This document shows positions 1 to 13,237 of a stretch of 64,000 nucleotides of DNA, in pieces; position 1 is the stretch's first letter; every line of letters starts with the position of its first letter. The notes under the pieces were generated by a model, which was not told where the DNA came from, made no database searches, and was given only the letters and a program-made list of their open reading frames with translations. Source of the stretch: an uncultured Thermoleophilia bacterium (GTDB lineage: Bacteria; Actinomycetota; Thermoleophilia; UBA2241); the NCBI GenBank assembly GCA_963715985.1, contig CAVQSP010000014.1, positions 640,001-704,000 on the forward strand. The letters are read 5' to 3'. Both the position numbers and the translations under genes were made by a program.

Positions 1-1
1 G

Positions 2-100
2 TCACGCTCGTTCAACTCACCTTGGCTGGGCCGCGAACTCACGGCCAAGGTCAGGCTCACCGTCGCAGCCGGGCGCGTCGCCTGGGACGACCTTGCCTAG
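2..100 (+). CDS. pyrC: 3' end of dihydroorotase (partial at window edge)
   Basis: Frame 2 reads [32 protein letters not shown], a typical PyrC C-terminus, directly upstream of carA; ends in TAG. Confidence 0.7.
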   Translation, partial: SRSFNSPWLGRELTAKVRLTVAAGRVAWDDLA

Positions 101-1198
101 CCCGGCCGTCATCGTGCTCGAGGACGGCGCCGTGTTCCACGGCGAGGCCCTCGCCGGCCACGGCGCGGTCGGCGGCGAGATCGTCTTCAACACGAGCATG
201 GCGGGGTACCAGGAGATCGCCACCGACCCGTCCTACTGCGGCCAGCTCGTCACCTACACGTTCCCGATGAACGGCAACTACGGCGCCGACCCGGACCGCG
301 ACGAGTCCGGCAAGGCGCACGCGCGCGTCATCATCACGCGGGAGCTCACCAACTACGGTTTCAACCGCGCCTCGCGGACCACGTGGCTGGACTGGCTCGC
401 CGAGCACGGCGTGCTCGCCGTGACAGGCGTGGACACGCGCGCCCTCACGCGGCACATCCGTGAGGCGGGCGCCCTGCGCGCCGTGGTCAGCACGGAGACG
501 GAAGACGTCAAGCACCTGCGCAAGGCCGCGCAGGGGCTGCCGCAGATGAGCGGCCTCGACCTCGTCAAGGTCGTCAGCTGCAAGGAGGCGTACGAGGCGC
601 CGGCGCCCGAAGGGGCTCCGGCGCCGGACCTGCACGTGGTGGCCTGCGACTACGGCATCAAGCGCTCGATGCTCGGGTATCTGGGCGCACGCGGGTTCCG
701 CGTGACGGTGGTGCCCGCCTCCACGAGCGCCAAGGAGATCCTCAAGTACGAGCCCGACGGGGTCTTTCTCAGCAACGGTCCCGGCGACCCCGCCGCCGTG
801 GGGTACGCGGTGAAGGCCGTGGAACGGCTGCTGGGCAAGGTGCCCATCTTCGGCATCTGCCTCGGGCACCAGCTGCTGGCACAGGCCCTGGGCCTCTCCA
901 CCTACAAGCTCAAGTTCGGGCACCGCGGCGCCAACCACCCGGTCAAGGACCTGCGCACCGGCGTCATCGAGATCACCACGCAGAACCACGGCTTCGCCGT
1001 GAGGAACGACGCCGCGGACGGCGCCGAGATCACGCACCTCAACCTCAACGACGGCACGGTGGAAGGGGTGGCGGCGCCCGGCAGGTACGCGTTCTCGGTG
1101 CAGTACCACCCGGAGTCCACACCCGGGCCGCACGACTCCCTCTACCTGTTCGACCGCTTCCGCGAGGAGATCGCGCGCTTCAAGAAGGACGGTGCCTG

Positions 1199-1199
<1 letters not shown>
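93..1199 (+). CDS. carA: carbamoyl-phosphate synthase small subunit
   Basis: [29 protein letters not shown] and QYHPE motifs. Confidence 0.97.
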
Positions 1200-4393
<3,194 letters not shown>

Positions 4394-4397
<4 letters not shown>

Positions 4398-5185
4398 CCG
4401 AGACGGCGCCGGCGCCGCACGAGCACCCCACGCAGTGGGCGGAGACGTCCCACTGCCGCGTGGCCGGCGTGCGGCACTTCGGCGCCTTCGCGGCCCTCGA
4501 GGTGGTCGCGCCGCGGGTGACCGCCAAGGCCTCCCCGGGCCAGTTCGTCATGGTCACGGTGCCGGGCGGCGGCTTTCTGCTGCGGCGCCCGCTCTCGCTG
4601 TTCACGGTGCACCAGGACCGCGTGGGCCTGCTCGTCGAGGCGCGCGGCGCCGGCAGCGAGCGGCTCACCGAGCTCGAGGTGGGGCAGACCGTCGACCTCG
4701 CGGGGCCGCTGGGCAGCGCGTTTCCGACTGAGGGCGTCACCAGCGCGCTGCTCGTGGGCGGCGGCATCGGCTGCGCGCCGCTGCAGTATCTGGGCGACGA
4801 GCTGGCGGCGGCGGGCGCCCACGTCACCGCCGCCTTCGGCTTTCGCGACTTCCGCGCCGCCCGCGCGGCGGGGGCCTTCACCATCGAGCACCTCTGGGTG
4901 GCCACCGAAGACGGCAGCCTGGGGCGGCGCGGCATGGTCGTGGACGTCCTCGCCGAACTGGACGTGCCCCCTCACACCGTGGTCTACGCCTGTGGTCCGG
5001 CGCCGATGATAGGCGCGGTGCAGCGGTGGACGCTCGCCGAGGGCCTGCGCGGCTTCGCGTCCCTCGAGGCGCACATGGCGTGTGGCACCGGCTCCTGCCA
5101 CGGCTGCGTGGTGGAGACCACCCGGGGCGCCCTGCGCGTCTGCAGCGAAGGTCCTGTGTTCGCTCTCGACGAGGTGCTGGCGTGA
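4394..5185 (+). CDS. pyrK: dihydroorotate dehydrogenase electron transfer subunit
   Basis: PGQFVM, LRRPLS, GGGIG and MACGTGSCHGC...C Fe-S motif. Confidence 0.93.
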
Positions 5186-6155
5186 GCCCCGCGATCCCTC
5201 CCGAGAGCGTCCGCCTCACCGTCGACCTCGGGCCACTGCACCTCCAGCACCCGCTGGTGGACGCGTCGGGCACCTTCGACCTGCTCGAGTACGCGCGTCG
5301 CTTCGAGGGCGACTACTTCCGCTGCTTCCCGTATGCGGCCTACGTGCCCAAGACGGTGACGGCAGACGCGCGGCGGGGCAATCCGGCGCCGCGCGTCGCC
5401 GAGACGCCGTCCGGGATGATCAACGCCATCGGTCTCGAGAACCCCGGTATCGACGCCTGGATCGGGGGGCTGCCGGACTGGGCGCGGCTGGCGCAGCCGG
5501 TCATCGTCAGCGTGGGCGGCAACACGCCTGAGCAGTACGCCGCCGTGATCGCGCGGCTGGAGGAGCACCTCGCCACGGCGGCGCCCGACGCCGTGCCGCG
5601 CATCGAGGGCTACGAGCTCAACGTCTCGTGCCCCAATGTTTCCAGCGGTCTGCAGATCGGCGCCGACCCGGCCGCTACCGCGGCGGTCGTCGGCGCCGCC
5701 CGTGTCCGCACCGGCCGCCTTCTCCTGGCCAAGCTCACGCCCAACGTGGCCGACGTGGTCGTCATCGCCAGAGCGGCCGTGGAGGCGGGCGCCGACGGCC
5801 TCTCCCTGATCAACACGGTCAAGGCCATGGTGCTGGACCGTGAGACGCTGCGCCCGTTCCTCGGCAACCGCACCGGCGGGCTCTGCGGGCCGGCGATCAA
5901 GCCCGTCGCCCTGCGCATGGTCGCCGAGGTCGCCGCCGCCCTGCCCGACGTACCGATCGTCGGCATGGGCGGGGTCATGTCGGGGCTCGACGCCCTCGAG
6001 TTCATCGCGTGCGGCGCCAGCGCCGTCGCCGTCGGCGCCGCCAACTTCACCGGCATGGAGGCGCCGTCGCGCATCCTCACGGAGCTCCGCCTGGAGCTCG
6101 CGAAGCGCGGCTTGGCCTCCCCGCGGAGGCACGCGGCCTGGCGTTGCAGCCCTGA
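5182..6155 (+). CDS. pyrD: dihydroorotate dehydrogenase (family 1B); probable single-base deletion in the C-run near 6119-6122
   Basis: GNPAPRVAET, NAIGLENPG, ELNVSCPN, KLTPN and GGLCGPAIKP motifs; the shifted frame gives the natural ending PAEARGLALQP* at 6155 (unshifted ORF runs to 6258). Confidence 0.9.
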
Positions 6156-6292
6156 GCCGGGCCTTCTCCGGACGGCGTCCCGACCCGTCCGGAGAGGCTG
6201 CGGAGACCCGCCAGAAGTCCCCGCAAGAGGCCGCGTTTGCGCGCCTCGTGTGTGTTGAACTGCCGGAGAGGCATCACATATACTCTCGCGCG

Positions 6293-6625
6293 ATGTCCTC
6301 CTCGTCCAGGCAATCGAACACGGCTCCCGAGCGCTCGCTCGGCCAGCGTATGGACGCGCTCGGCAAGGCCAACGACGTGCGCAGCAGGCGTGCGGCTCTC
6401 AAGGCCGACCTCAAGCGCGGCGCGGTCAGCATCCGCGACGTGCTCGCCGCGCCCCCGGAGTTCCTGCTCACCGCCAAAGTCGTGGACCTCCTCATGGCCG
6501 CGCCCAAGTGCGGCCGTGTGAAGTCCGCCAAGATCATGGAGCAGTGCCGCGTCAGCCCGAGCAAGACCATCGGCGGTCTCTCGGAGCGTCAGCGCACCGA
6601 GCTGCTCGCCTACTTCGGAGGCTGA
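6293..6625 (+). CDS. mihF: actinobacterial integration host factor
   Basis: RAALKADLKRG...KVVDLL...GRVKSAKIM...IGGLSERQR; lies upstream of gmk. Confidence 0.88.
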   Translation: MSSSSRQSNTAPERSLGQRMDALGKANDVRSRRAALKADLKRGAVSIRDVLAAPPEFLLTAKVVDLLMAAPKCGRVKSAKIMEQCRVSPSKTIGGLSERQRTELLAYFGG

Positions 6626-6626
6626 C

Positions 6627-7187
6627 ATCCCCGCGGTCTTCGTTATCTCGGGGCCTTCCGGCGCCGGGAAGGGGACCGTCATCGCCCTGGTCAGTCAGCA
6701 GCTCGACCACGTGGTGAGGTCGGTCTCGGCCACCACGAGGGCCGCGCGGCCGGGCGAAGTGCACGGCCGCGAGTACTTCTTCCTCGAGCGCGCGGCCTTC
6801 GAGCGCGGCGTGGCCGCAGGCGAGTTCCTCGAGTGGGTAGAATACAGTGGCAACCTGTACGGCACGCTGCGCGCCGACGTGGAGGCCAAGCTGGCCGCCG
6901 GAGACGACGTGATCCTGGAGATCGAGCTCATCGGGGCGCGCGCCGTGCGCACGAGCATGCCGGCCGTGGTGAGCGTGTTCATCGCCCCGCCGAGCATGGC
7001 CGAGCTCGGCGAGCGGTTACGCGGTCGCGGCACCGAGCCGGACGAGGTCATCGCCCGCCGCCTCCACATCGCGGAGACGGAGGTCGCGGCGGCCGGGGAG
7101 TTCGACCACGTGGTCGTGAACGACGACGCAGAACGAGCGGCCGCCGAGGTGGCCGCGATCATCGCAGAACGACGAAAGGGAATCTAA
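6627..7187 (+). CDS. gmk: guanylate kinase; start apparently non-canonical
   Basis: VISGPSGAGKGT P-loop lies upstream of the ORF-track start; SVSATTR and YGT motifs; GGAGG at 6617-6621 precedes an in-frame ATC at 6627. Confidence 0.92.
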   Translation: MPAVFVISGPSGAGKGTVIALVSQQLDHVVRSVSATTRAARPGEVHGREYFFLERAAFERGVAAGEFLEWVEYSGNLYGTLRADVEAKLAAGDDVILEIELIGARAVRTSMPAVVSVFIAPPSMAELGERLRGRGTEPDEVIARRLHIAETEVAAAGEFDHVVVNDDAERAAAEVAAIIAERRKGI

Positions 7188-7427
7188 GTGGACAAGCCTC
7201 GCATCGACGAGCTTCTGCCGCACGCCGACGGGTCGCGGTACGAGCTGGTCATGATCGCCGCCAAGCGCGCGCGCCAGATCAACAGCTACTACCACAGCCT
7301 CGGCGAGAACACGATGGGCATCGAGGAGCTCACGCCGCCGCTCATCAACACGCGCAGCACCAACCTCCTCACTATCGCTTTCGAGGAGATCGTGGACAAC
7401 AAGATCGAGCATCAGTCTCCCGAGTGA
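7188..7427 (+). CDS. rpoZ: RNA polymerase omega subunit
   Basis: SRYELVMIAAKRARQIN motif; gmk-rpoZ-coaBC synteny. Confidence 0.93.
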   Translation: MDKPRIDELLPHADGSRYELVMIAAKRARQINSYYHSLGENTMGIEELTPPLINTRSTNLLTIAFEEIVDNKIEHQSPE

Positions 7428-7434
7428 TCCCGTC

Positions 7435-8652
7435 GTGACCGCCGTCGACCACGACGCACCCGGCGCCGGCCGCACCGTGCTGGTCGGCGTCACCGGCGGC
7501 ATCGCCATCTACAAGGCGGTGGAACTGGTGCGCGGCCTGGTCAAGGACGGCTTCAGACCGCTCGTCGTGACCACGGAATCGGCGAAGCGGTTCGTGATGC
7601 CGCTCACCTTCGCCGCGGTCTCCCAGGCGCCCGTCCTCGACGACGGCAGCGCGTGGCAGGCCTCCGGCGGCTGGTTCCAGCACATCGAGGCGGCGCGCAC
7701 GGCGCGCGTCATGGTGGTCGCGCCGGCCACAGCCAACACCCTGGCCAAGATGGCCGCCGGCATGGCCGACAACCTGCTCACCGCCATCTATCTGGCCTTC
7801 CGCGGGCCCACCATCGTGGCGCCCACGATGAACTGGGCGATGAACGAGCACCCGGCCACGGTGGAGAACCTCAGGGTGCTCGCGGCCCGTGGCGTGGAGG
7901 TCCTGCCCACGGAGGCGGGCGAGCTGGCCTGCGGCGAAGAGGGCTCGGGACGCATGGCGTCACCCGACGCCATCCGCCTGGCCGTGCGCCGTGCCTTCGC
8001 GAGCACCGCAGCCGGGCCACTGGCCGGCAGGAAGGTCGTGGTGACGTCCGGCGGCACCCGCGAGCGCATCGACGCGGTGCGCTTCATCGGCAACCGCTCC
8101 AGCGGCAAGATGGGGCGCGCAGTGGCCGACGAGGCGTACCTGCGCGGCGCCAACGTGACGCTCGTCACCACGCAGCCGGCCGGCGGCACGGCCTACGACG
8201 TCGTGGCCGTGGAGAGCGCGGCCGACATGGCGGCCGCGGTGACCGCCCAGCTCTCCGACGCAGACGTGCTGGTCATGGCCGCTGCCGTGGCCGACTTCAA
8301 GCCGCGTGAGGTGGAGGACGGCAAGATCCCCCGCGGCGAGCGCGAGACGCTCACGCTGGACCTGGTGCGCACGGTGGACGTGCTCGCCCAGACCGCCCGC
8401 CCCGGCCTCTTCCGCGTCGGCTTCGCCGCCGAGGCCGGCCCGCAGCTCCAGCGGGCGCGGGACAAGAAGGCGGCCAAGGCCGTCGACCTGCTCGTGTTCA
8501 ACGACATCCTCGCCGAGGGCGTGGGCATCGGCGCCGACGAGAACGAGATCACCATCATCGGTGCCCGCGGCGAGGTGCACGTGCCGCGTACGAGCAAGGC
8601 GGCTTGCGCGGCCGCCATCGCCGACGCCATAGAGGCGGGTCTGCAGCGATGA
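7435..8652 (+). CDS. coaBC: phosphopantothenoylcysteine decarboxylase / phosphopantothenate-cysteine ligase
   Basis: GVTGGIAIYK, APATANTLAK, ACGEEGSGRM, IDAVRFIGNRSSGKMG and VGFAAE motifs. Confidence 0.95.
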   Translation: MTAVDHDAPGAGRTVLVGVTGGIAIYKAVELVRGLVKDGFRPLVVTTESAKRFVMPLTFAAVSQAPVLDDGSAWQASGGWFQHIEAARTARVMVVAPATANTLAKMAAGMADNLLTAIYLAFRGPTIVAPTMNWAMNEHPATVENLRVLAARGVEVLPTEAGELACGEEGSGRMASPDAIRLAVRRAFASTAAGPLAGRKVVVTSGGTRERIDAVRFIGNRSSGKMGRAVADEAYLRGANVTLVTTQPAGGTAYDVVAVESAADMAAAVTAQLSDADVLVMAAAVADFKPREVEDGKIPRGERETLTLDLVRTVDVLAQTARPGLFRVGFAAEAGPQLQRARDKKAAKAVDLLVFNDILAEGVGIGADENEITIIGARGEVHVPRTSKAACAAAIADAIEAGLQR

Positions 8653-9215
8653 CCGCCACCGTGCGCGACGACGTGCTGGCGCTGGTCGCGGCCCGTGTGG
8701 CCAACGAACACCTGCGCCGCCACATGCTGGCCACGGAGGCCATCATGCGCGCCCTCGCCGTGCGCCTCGGCGAAGACCCGGACCTCTGGGGCCTCGCCGG
8801 CCTCGCGCACGACCTCGACTCGGAGGAGACGGAGGGCGACTTCACACGCCACGGCGCGGAGGCCGCCGAGACGTTGCGCGGCCTGGGCATGCCGGAGGAG
8901 GCCGCGCACGCCGTCGCCGCCCACAACCCGGATACCGGGGTCACGGCGTCGTCGCCCTTCGACGTCGCTCTGATCGCCGCCGACCAGCTCAGCGGGCTGG
9001 TCACCGCCGCCGCGCTCGTCCGCCCGGACAAGGACCTGGCCAACGTCCAGGCCAAGTCGGTGCGCAAGCGCTTCCGTGAAGGCGCCTTCGCGCGCGGGGT
9101 CGACCGCGACTCCATCGCCCGCTGCACGGAGCTGGGGCTCGAGTTGGACGAGTTCATCGCCTTGGGCCTGGAGGCGATGCAGGGCATCGCCGCGGAACTC
9201 GGCCTCTCGTCCTGA
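8649..9215 (+). CDS. HD-domain (HDIG-type) phosphohydrolase
   Basis: LRRHMLATEAIM...GLAHDLD...AADQLSGLV...FARGVDR pattern. Confidence 0.85.
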   Translation: MTATVRDDVLALVAARVANEHLRRHMLATEAIMRALAVRLGEDPDLWGLAGLAHDLDSEETEGDFTRHGAEAAETLRGLGMPEEAAHAVAAHNPDTGVTASSPFDVALIAADQLSGLVTAAALVRPDKDLANVQAKSVRKRFREGAFARGVDRDSIARCTELGLELDEFIALGLEAMQGIAAELGLSS

Positions 9216-9220
9216 GGCCG

Positions 9221-9610
9221 ATGGACGGCTTCACCCGGCGCGAACCCGCCTTCGAGGCCGAGAGCGAGGCGTACACCCTGTTCACCCGCGGCATGGCCCT
9301 TCTCCGCGATCGTCACGCGGCGCAGGCGGCGATGCTGCTCACGCGGGCGCTGCGCCTGGAGCCGGACAGGAACTCCATCCGCGAGGGGCTCGGGCGGGCG
9401 GAGTTCGCGCTGGGGCACCACGAGCGCGCGGCGGAGCTGTTCGAGAGCGTCGTCGGCGAGGTGCCGGACAACGACTACGCACACTACGCGCTGAGTCGCT
9501 GCCTGCTCGCGCTCGGGCGCGAGGACGAGGCGCGGGGCCACCTGCGGCTGGCCCGCGCCCTCAAGCCGCACAGCGCGCTCTACTGCGACGCCGTCGGCGA
9601 CCCCGGCTGA
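9221..9610 (+). CDS. tetratricopeptide repeat protein
   Basis: ALRLEPD..SIREGLGRA and PDNDYAHYAL, TPR-like helical repeats. Confidence 0.8.
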   Translation: MDGFTRREPAFEAESEAYTLFTRGMALLRDRHAAQAAMLLTRALRLEPDRNSIREGLGRAEFALGHHERAAELFESVVGEVPDNDYAHYALSRCLLALGREDEARGHLRLARALKPHSALYCDAVGDPG

Positions 9611-9718
9611 CCTTCTCGTGCTGGGCGGACGCCGGCCGTCCGGCTCGCACACGGCGTGCGCCTGCCGCACAGTCCACGTGCTGCGGAGGCCGGCACCCCC
9701 GCTGCGCCCCGCGCCGCC

Positions 9719-10801
9719 TCAGCTGTGCGGCACGATGGGGGGCGGGGGAGGCGGAGCAGACGCCCCGCCCAGGCTGAAGGGATTCGCTGCGGGATCCGGC
9801 GGAGCCGGAGGCGCCGGAGCCTGCGTGGCCGCCGTGGCATCGGCCACGGCCTGGCGGCTCGGGCGCAGGGCGTCCGGCCCCGCGTGGGCCATCTCGAGCA
9901 GCACGGCGATGCGCTTCTGGATGGGCGGGTGCGTGTCGAAGAGCCCGGACGACTCCTTCACCTTCTTGCCTTTGAGCGGGTTGGCGATGAAGAGGTGCGC
10001 CGTGGCGCGGTTGGCGCTCTTGAGCGGCTGAGGGTCGCCGGCGATGTCGCTGAGCGCGCGTGCCAGGCCGAGCGGGTTGCGCGTGAGCTCCACGGCGCTG
10101 GCGTCGGCGAGGTACTCGCGGCGCCGCGAGATGGCGAACTGCACCGAGTAGGCGGCCAGCGGCGCGAGGATGGCGAGCACGACGGCGACGATGAGGAAGA
10201 CGATCTGCGCGTCGCCGCCGTCGCTGCTACCGCCCCGGCGTCGGCCCATGCCGCCCCAGAAGGTCCAGCGAAGGAAGAAGTCGGCGACCAGGGCGATCAT
10301 GCCCACCATGATGCCGACCAGCGTGGCGAAGCGGATGTCGTAGTTGCGCACGTGAGAGAGCTCGTGGGCGAGCACGCCCTGCAGCTCCTCGCGGTCGAGG
10401 CGGCGCATGAGCCCTCGCGTGACGGCCACCGACGCGTGCAGAGGGTCGCGGCCGGTGGCGAACGCGTTGAGCGCCGGGTCTTCGATGACGTAGACCGCCG
10501 GCACCTTGGGAAGGCCGGCGGCGATGGTGAGCTCCTCGACGACGTTGAAGAGCTGCGGCTCGTCGTCGTGGCTCACCTGGCGGGCGCCGCTTACGGCCAG
10601 CACCATCTTGTCGCCGGAGTAGTAGCCGATCACGCTCCAGACGATGGCGACAACGCCGAACACGCCCAGCAGGCCGATGCCCCCACTGGTGCCGCCCAGG
10701 GTGGCGGCCCCGATGATGAAGCCGAGCATGGCGAGGATGGCTACGACGAGCCCCATGAGAAGCCACGAGGCCCGGCGGTTGCGGGCGATCTGTTCGTACA
10801 T
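9719..10801 (-). CDS. htpX: M48 family zinc metalloprotease (HtpX-like)
   Basis: NAFATG, LAHELSH (HEXXH), REYLADA and THPP motifs; downstream of lemA. Confidence 0.92.
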   Translation of the reverse strand: MYEQIARNRRASWLLMGLVVAILAMLGFIIGAATLGGTSGGIGLLGVFGVVAIVWSVIGYYSGDKMVLAVSGARQVSHDDEPQLFNVVEELTIAAGLPKVPAVYVIEDPALNAFATGRDPLHASVAVTRGLMRRLDREELQGVLAHELSHVRNYDIRFATLVGIMVGMIALVADFFLRWTFWGGMGRRRGGSSDGGDAQIVFLIVAVVLAILAPLAAYSVQFAISRRREYLADASAVELTRNPLGLARALSDIAGDPQPLKSANRATAHLFIANPLKGKKVKESSGLFDTHPPIQKRIAVLLEMAHAGPDALRPSRQAVADATAATQAPAPPAPPDPAANPFSLGGASAPPPPPPIVPHS

Positions 10802-10821
10802 GGCTGTGAGTTACGCCACGC

Positions 10822-11382
10822 TCAGCGCAGGTCGACCTTGGGCACCTCGCGGTCGCCCTCCGGCGCCTCGAAGAACTGCCTCGCCGTGAAGTTGAACATG
10901 CCGGCGATGATGTTGGACGGGAACATCTGGATCTTGTTGTTGTAGGTGAGGACGCTGTCGTTGTAGAACTGCCGCGCGAAGGAGATCTTGTTCTCCGTCG
11001 CCGTGAGCTCCTCTTGCAGGCTGAGCACGTTCTGGTTGGCCTTGAGGTCCGGGTAGTTCTCCACCACCGCGAACAGCGACTTGAGGCTGTCCGTCAGCAT
11101 GTTCTCCGCCTGCGCCTGGGCCTGAGGGCCCTGTGTGCCCGCGTTCATGGCGGCGGCCCGCGCATTGGTGACGTTCGTGAGCGTCTCCTGCTCGTAGGAC
11201 ATGTAGTCCTTGACGGCCTCGACGAGGTTGGGGATGAGGTCGTGCCGGCGCTTGAGCTGCACGTCGATCTGGCTCCAGGCGTTGTCCACCTGGTTGCGCC
11301 TGCGCACGAGGCTGTTGTACATGCTCGCGAGGATGATGCCGAGGACCACCAGCACCACGATGATGACGATGATCGCGATCAC
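10822..11382 (-). CDS. lemA: LemA family protein
   Basis: [20 protein letters not shown] and ENYPDLKAN motifs. Confidence 0.95.
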   Translation of the reverse strand: MIAIIVIIVVLVVLGIILASMYNSLVRRRNQVDNAWSQIDVQLKRRHDLIPNLVEAVKDYMSYEQETLTNVTNARAAAMNAGTQGPQAQAQAENMLTDSLKSLFAVVENYPDLKANQNVLSLQEELTATENKISFARQFYNDSVLTYNNKIQMFPSNIIAGMFNFTARQFFEAPEGDREVPKVDLR

Positions 11383-11491
11383 GCAGGACTCCTTTCACGA
11401 ATGACGTCGTATGGTGCCTAGTGTATGCCACGCGGGGGTAGAGCTTAGACGCGCATTTGTGAGGGCACGAGGCCTCGACTATCCTTGGACG

Positions 11492-12286
11492 ATGAAGTCC
11501 CGCGGCCGTGACATAGCGCTTCTCGTGCTCGCCGTGGCGGTCGTGGCGGGCGCGGCCCTCGGCGGCTACGCAGTTCTCCGCGCCCGCGCCGACGCGGCTC
11601 CTCCCGTCCGTCAGGTCCTGGCCCCTGTCGAACTGCCCACGGCCACACCGGCGCCGAGCTCGAGCCCCGAGCCGCAGTACGAACGCTGGACCGTGGGGGT
11701 GGCCCGGCGCCCGGTGACGGTCCTCAAGCGGCCCTCCAGCGACGCCGCCGAGGTCGTGAAGATGGGCAAGACCACCAACGACTACCCCACGGTGTTCCTT
11801 GTCGACGACATCCGCGAGATCGACGGCGTCCCCTGGTACAAGGTGTGGGTGGCGGCGTCCCCCAACGGCACGCAGGGGTGGGTCAAGGACGGGCAGCTCG
11901 CCTTCTACACCACGGCCTCCAAGATCGTCGTGGACCTCTCCGAGCGCACGCTCACGGTGTACCGGCGCGGCACGCTGGAGGGGGCGTTTCCGGTGGCCGT
12001 GGGGCGCCCGGGCCTGGCCACGCCAACGGGCACCTACTTCGTGACGATGAAGCTGCGCCCGCCGGACCCCGGCGGCGCCTACGGCGTGCTGGCCCTCGGG
12101 ACCAGCGCCTTTCAGCCCAAGCTCAGCGACTGGCCGGGTGGGGGAGTGGTGGGCATCCACGGCACCAACGAGCCGTGGCTCGTCGGCAAGGCCATCAGCC
12201 ACGGCTGCATCCGCATGAAGAACAGCGCCATCGTGAGAGTGGGCAAGCTGGTGCCCACCGGCAGCCCGGTGTTCATCCAGAAGTAG
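11492..12286 (+). CDS. L,D-transpeptidase (YkuD family) with N-terminal membrane anchor
   Basis: TPTGTYFV and GIHGT...SHGCIRM catalytic motif. Confidence 0.9.
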   Translation: MKSRGRDIALLVLAVAVVAGAALGGYAVLRARADAAPPVRQVLAPVELPTATPAPSSSPEPQYERWTVGVARRPVTVLKRPSSDAAEVVKMGKTTNDYPTVFLVDDIREIDGVPWYKVWVAASPNGTQGWVKDGQLAFYTTASKIVVDLSERTLTVYRRGTLEGAFPVAVGRPGLATPTGTYFVTMKLRPPDPGGAYGVLALGTSAFQPKLSDWPGGGVVGIHGTNEPWLVGKAISHGCIRMKNSAIVRVGKLVPTGSPVFIQK

Positions 12287-12292
12287 CGACCC

Positions 12293-12577
12293 TCACCAGT
12301 AGTCGCCCTGGTGCAGCATCATGTCGTGCGCCTTGCACTTGGGGCAGGTGTAGGAGGCGGACCGCTCGAGGAAGAACAGCTCGCTGCCGCACACCACGCA
12401 GCGGAACTCGTCCACGTGGATGTCGGCCCCGGTGAGGTCCACTTCCACGATCGTCGCGCACTCGACGCAGTACGCCGGCATGAAGCGCTGCCGCGGGTCA
12501 TATACGCTCACGCCCCAGCGGACACTCTCGGCCTTGTAGCCGCACTGGCGGCACTCGAACGTCGTGTACTCTCCCAT
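12293..12577 (-). CDS. small protein with four CxxC motifs (putative zinc-ribbon)
   Basis: CRQC, CVEC, CVVC and CPKC in 94 aa; purine-rich RBS upstream. Confidence 0.7.
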   Translation of the reverse strand: MGEYTTFECRQCGYKAESVRWGVSVYDPRQRFMPAYCVECATIVEVDLTGADIHVDEFRCVVCGSELFFLERSASYTCPKCKAHDMMLHQGDYW

Positions 12578-12652
12578 GGCGCTGTCCCCTCACTTCGGCG
12601 GTGTGGTCAGTATCGGCAGATTCGCGCCGCGGATGAGGCCGCTCGCGCTTCC

Positions 12653-12682
12653 TTGAACGGTGAACAAACACGGTGCTATACT
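12653..12682 (+). promoter_or_regulatory. sigma70-type promoter of the rimP-nusA-infB operon
   Basis: TTGAAC (12653-58), 18-nt spacer, extended -10 TGcTATACT (12674-82). Confidence 0.6.
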
Positions 12683-12722
12683 TCTTCGGCTGGAAACACA
12701 CCACGAGGCGGACTCTTGCGCG

Positions 12723-12753
12723 AAAAGTCGGTGGGTCACCGACTTTTGTCTTG
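12723..12753 (+). terminator. terminator/attenuator hairpin in the rimP leader
   Basis: AAAAGTCGGTG-GGT-CACCGACTTTT followed by GTCTTG, between the promoter and the rimP start. Confidence 0.6.
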
Positions 12754-12766
12754 TCAGGGGTCATAC

Positions 12767-13237
12767 ATGAGTGAGAGCAGAGAGGGATTGCAGAGGATGC
12801 TGGAGGCCAGACTGGCTGAGCGCTTTCCCGAGGTCGAGCTCGTCGACCTCGACGTACGCGGCGGGCAGACCGGCACCCTGACGCTGTACATAGACCGGCC
12901 CGGCGGCGTGGATCTTGAGGTCTGCGCCGCCGTCAGCCACGAGCTGGAGGACGTGCGCGAGCGCTACACGCTCGAGGTGTCGTCTCCTGGACTGGACCGG
13001 CGCCTGCGCAAGCCGGCGCACTTCGCCGCCGTCATCGGCCGCGACGTGGCGCTCAAGCTCACGGCGCCGCGCGACGGCCGCACCAACTTCCGCGGCGTGC
13101 TCACGGCGGCCGACGAGGCCACCGTCACGCTCACGCTCGCGGACGGCGGCGACGCCACGGTGCCGTTGGCGGACATCGCCAGGGCGCACGTGATCTACAA
13201 CTTTGACAGTGACAGTGACGGAGGCCGTCGTGAGTAG
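12767..13237 (+). CDS. rimP: ribosome maturation factor RimP
   Basis: YIDRPGGVDL..C and YTLEVSSPGLDRRL motifs. Confidence 0.93.
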   Translation: MSESREGLQRMLEARLAERFPEVELVDLDVRGGQTGTLTLYIDRPGGVDLEVCAAVSHELEDVRERYTLEVSSPGLDRRLRKPAHFAAVIGRDVALKLTAPRDGRTNFRGVLTAADEATVTLTLADGGDATVPLADIARAHVIYNFDSDSDGGRRE

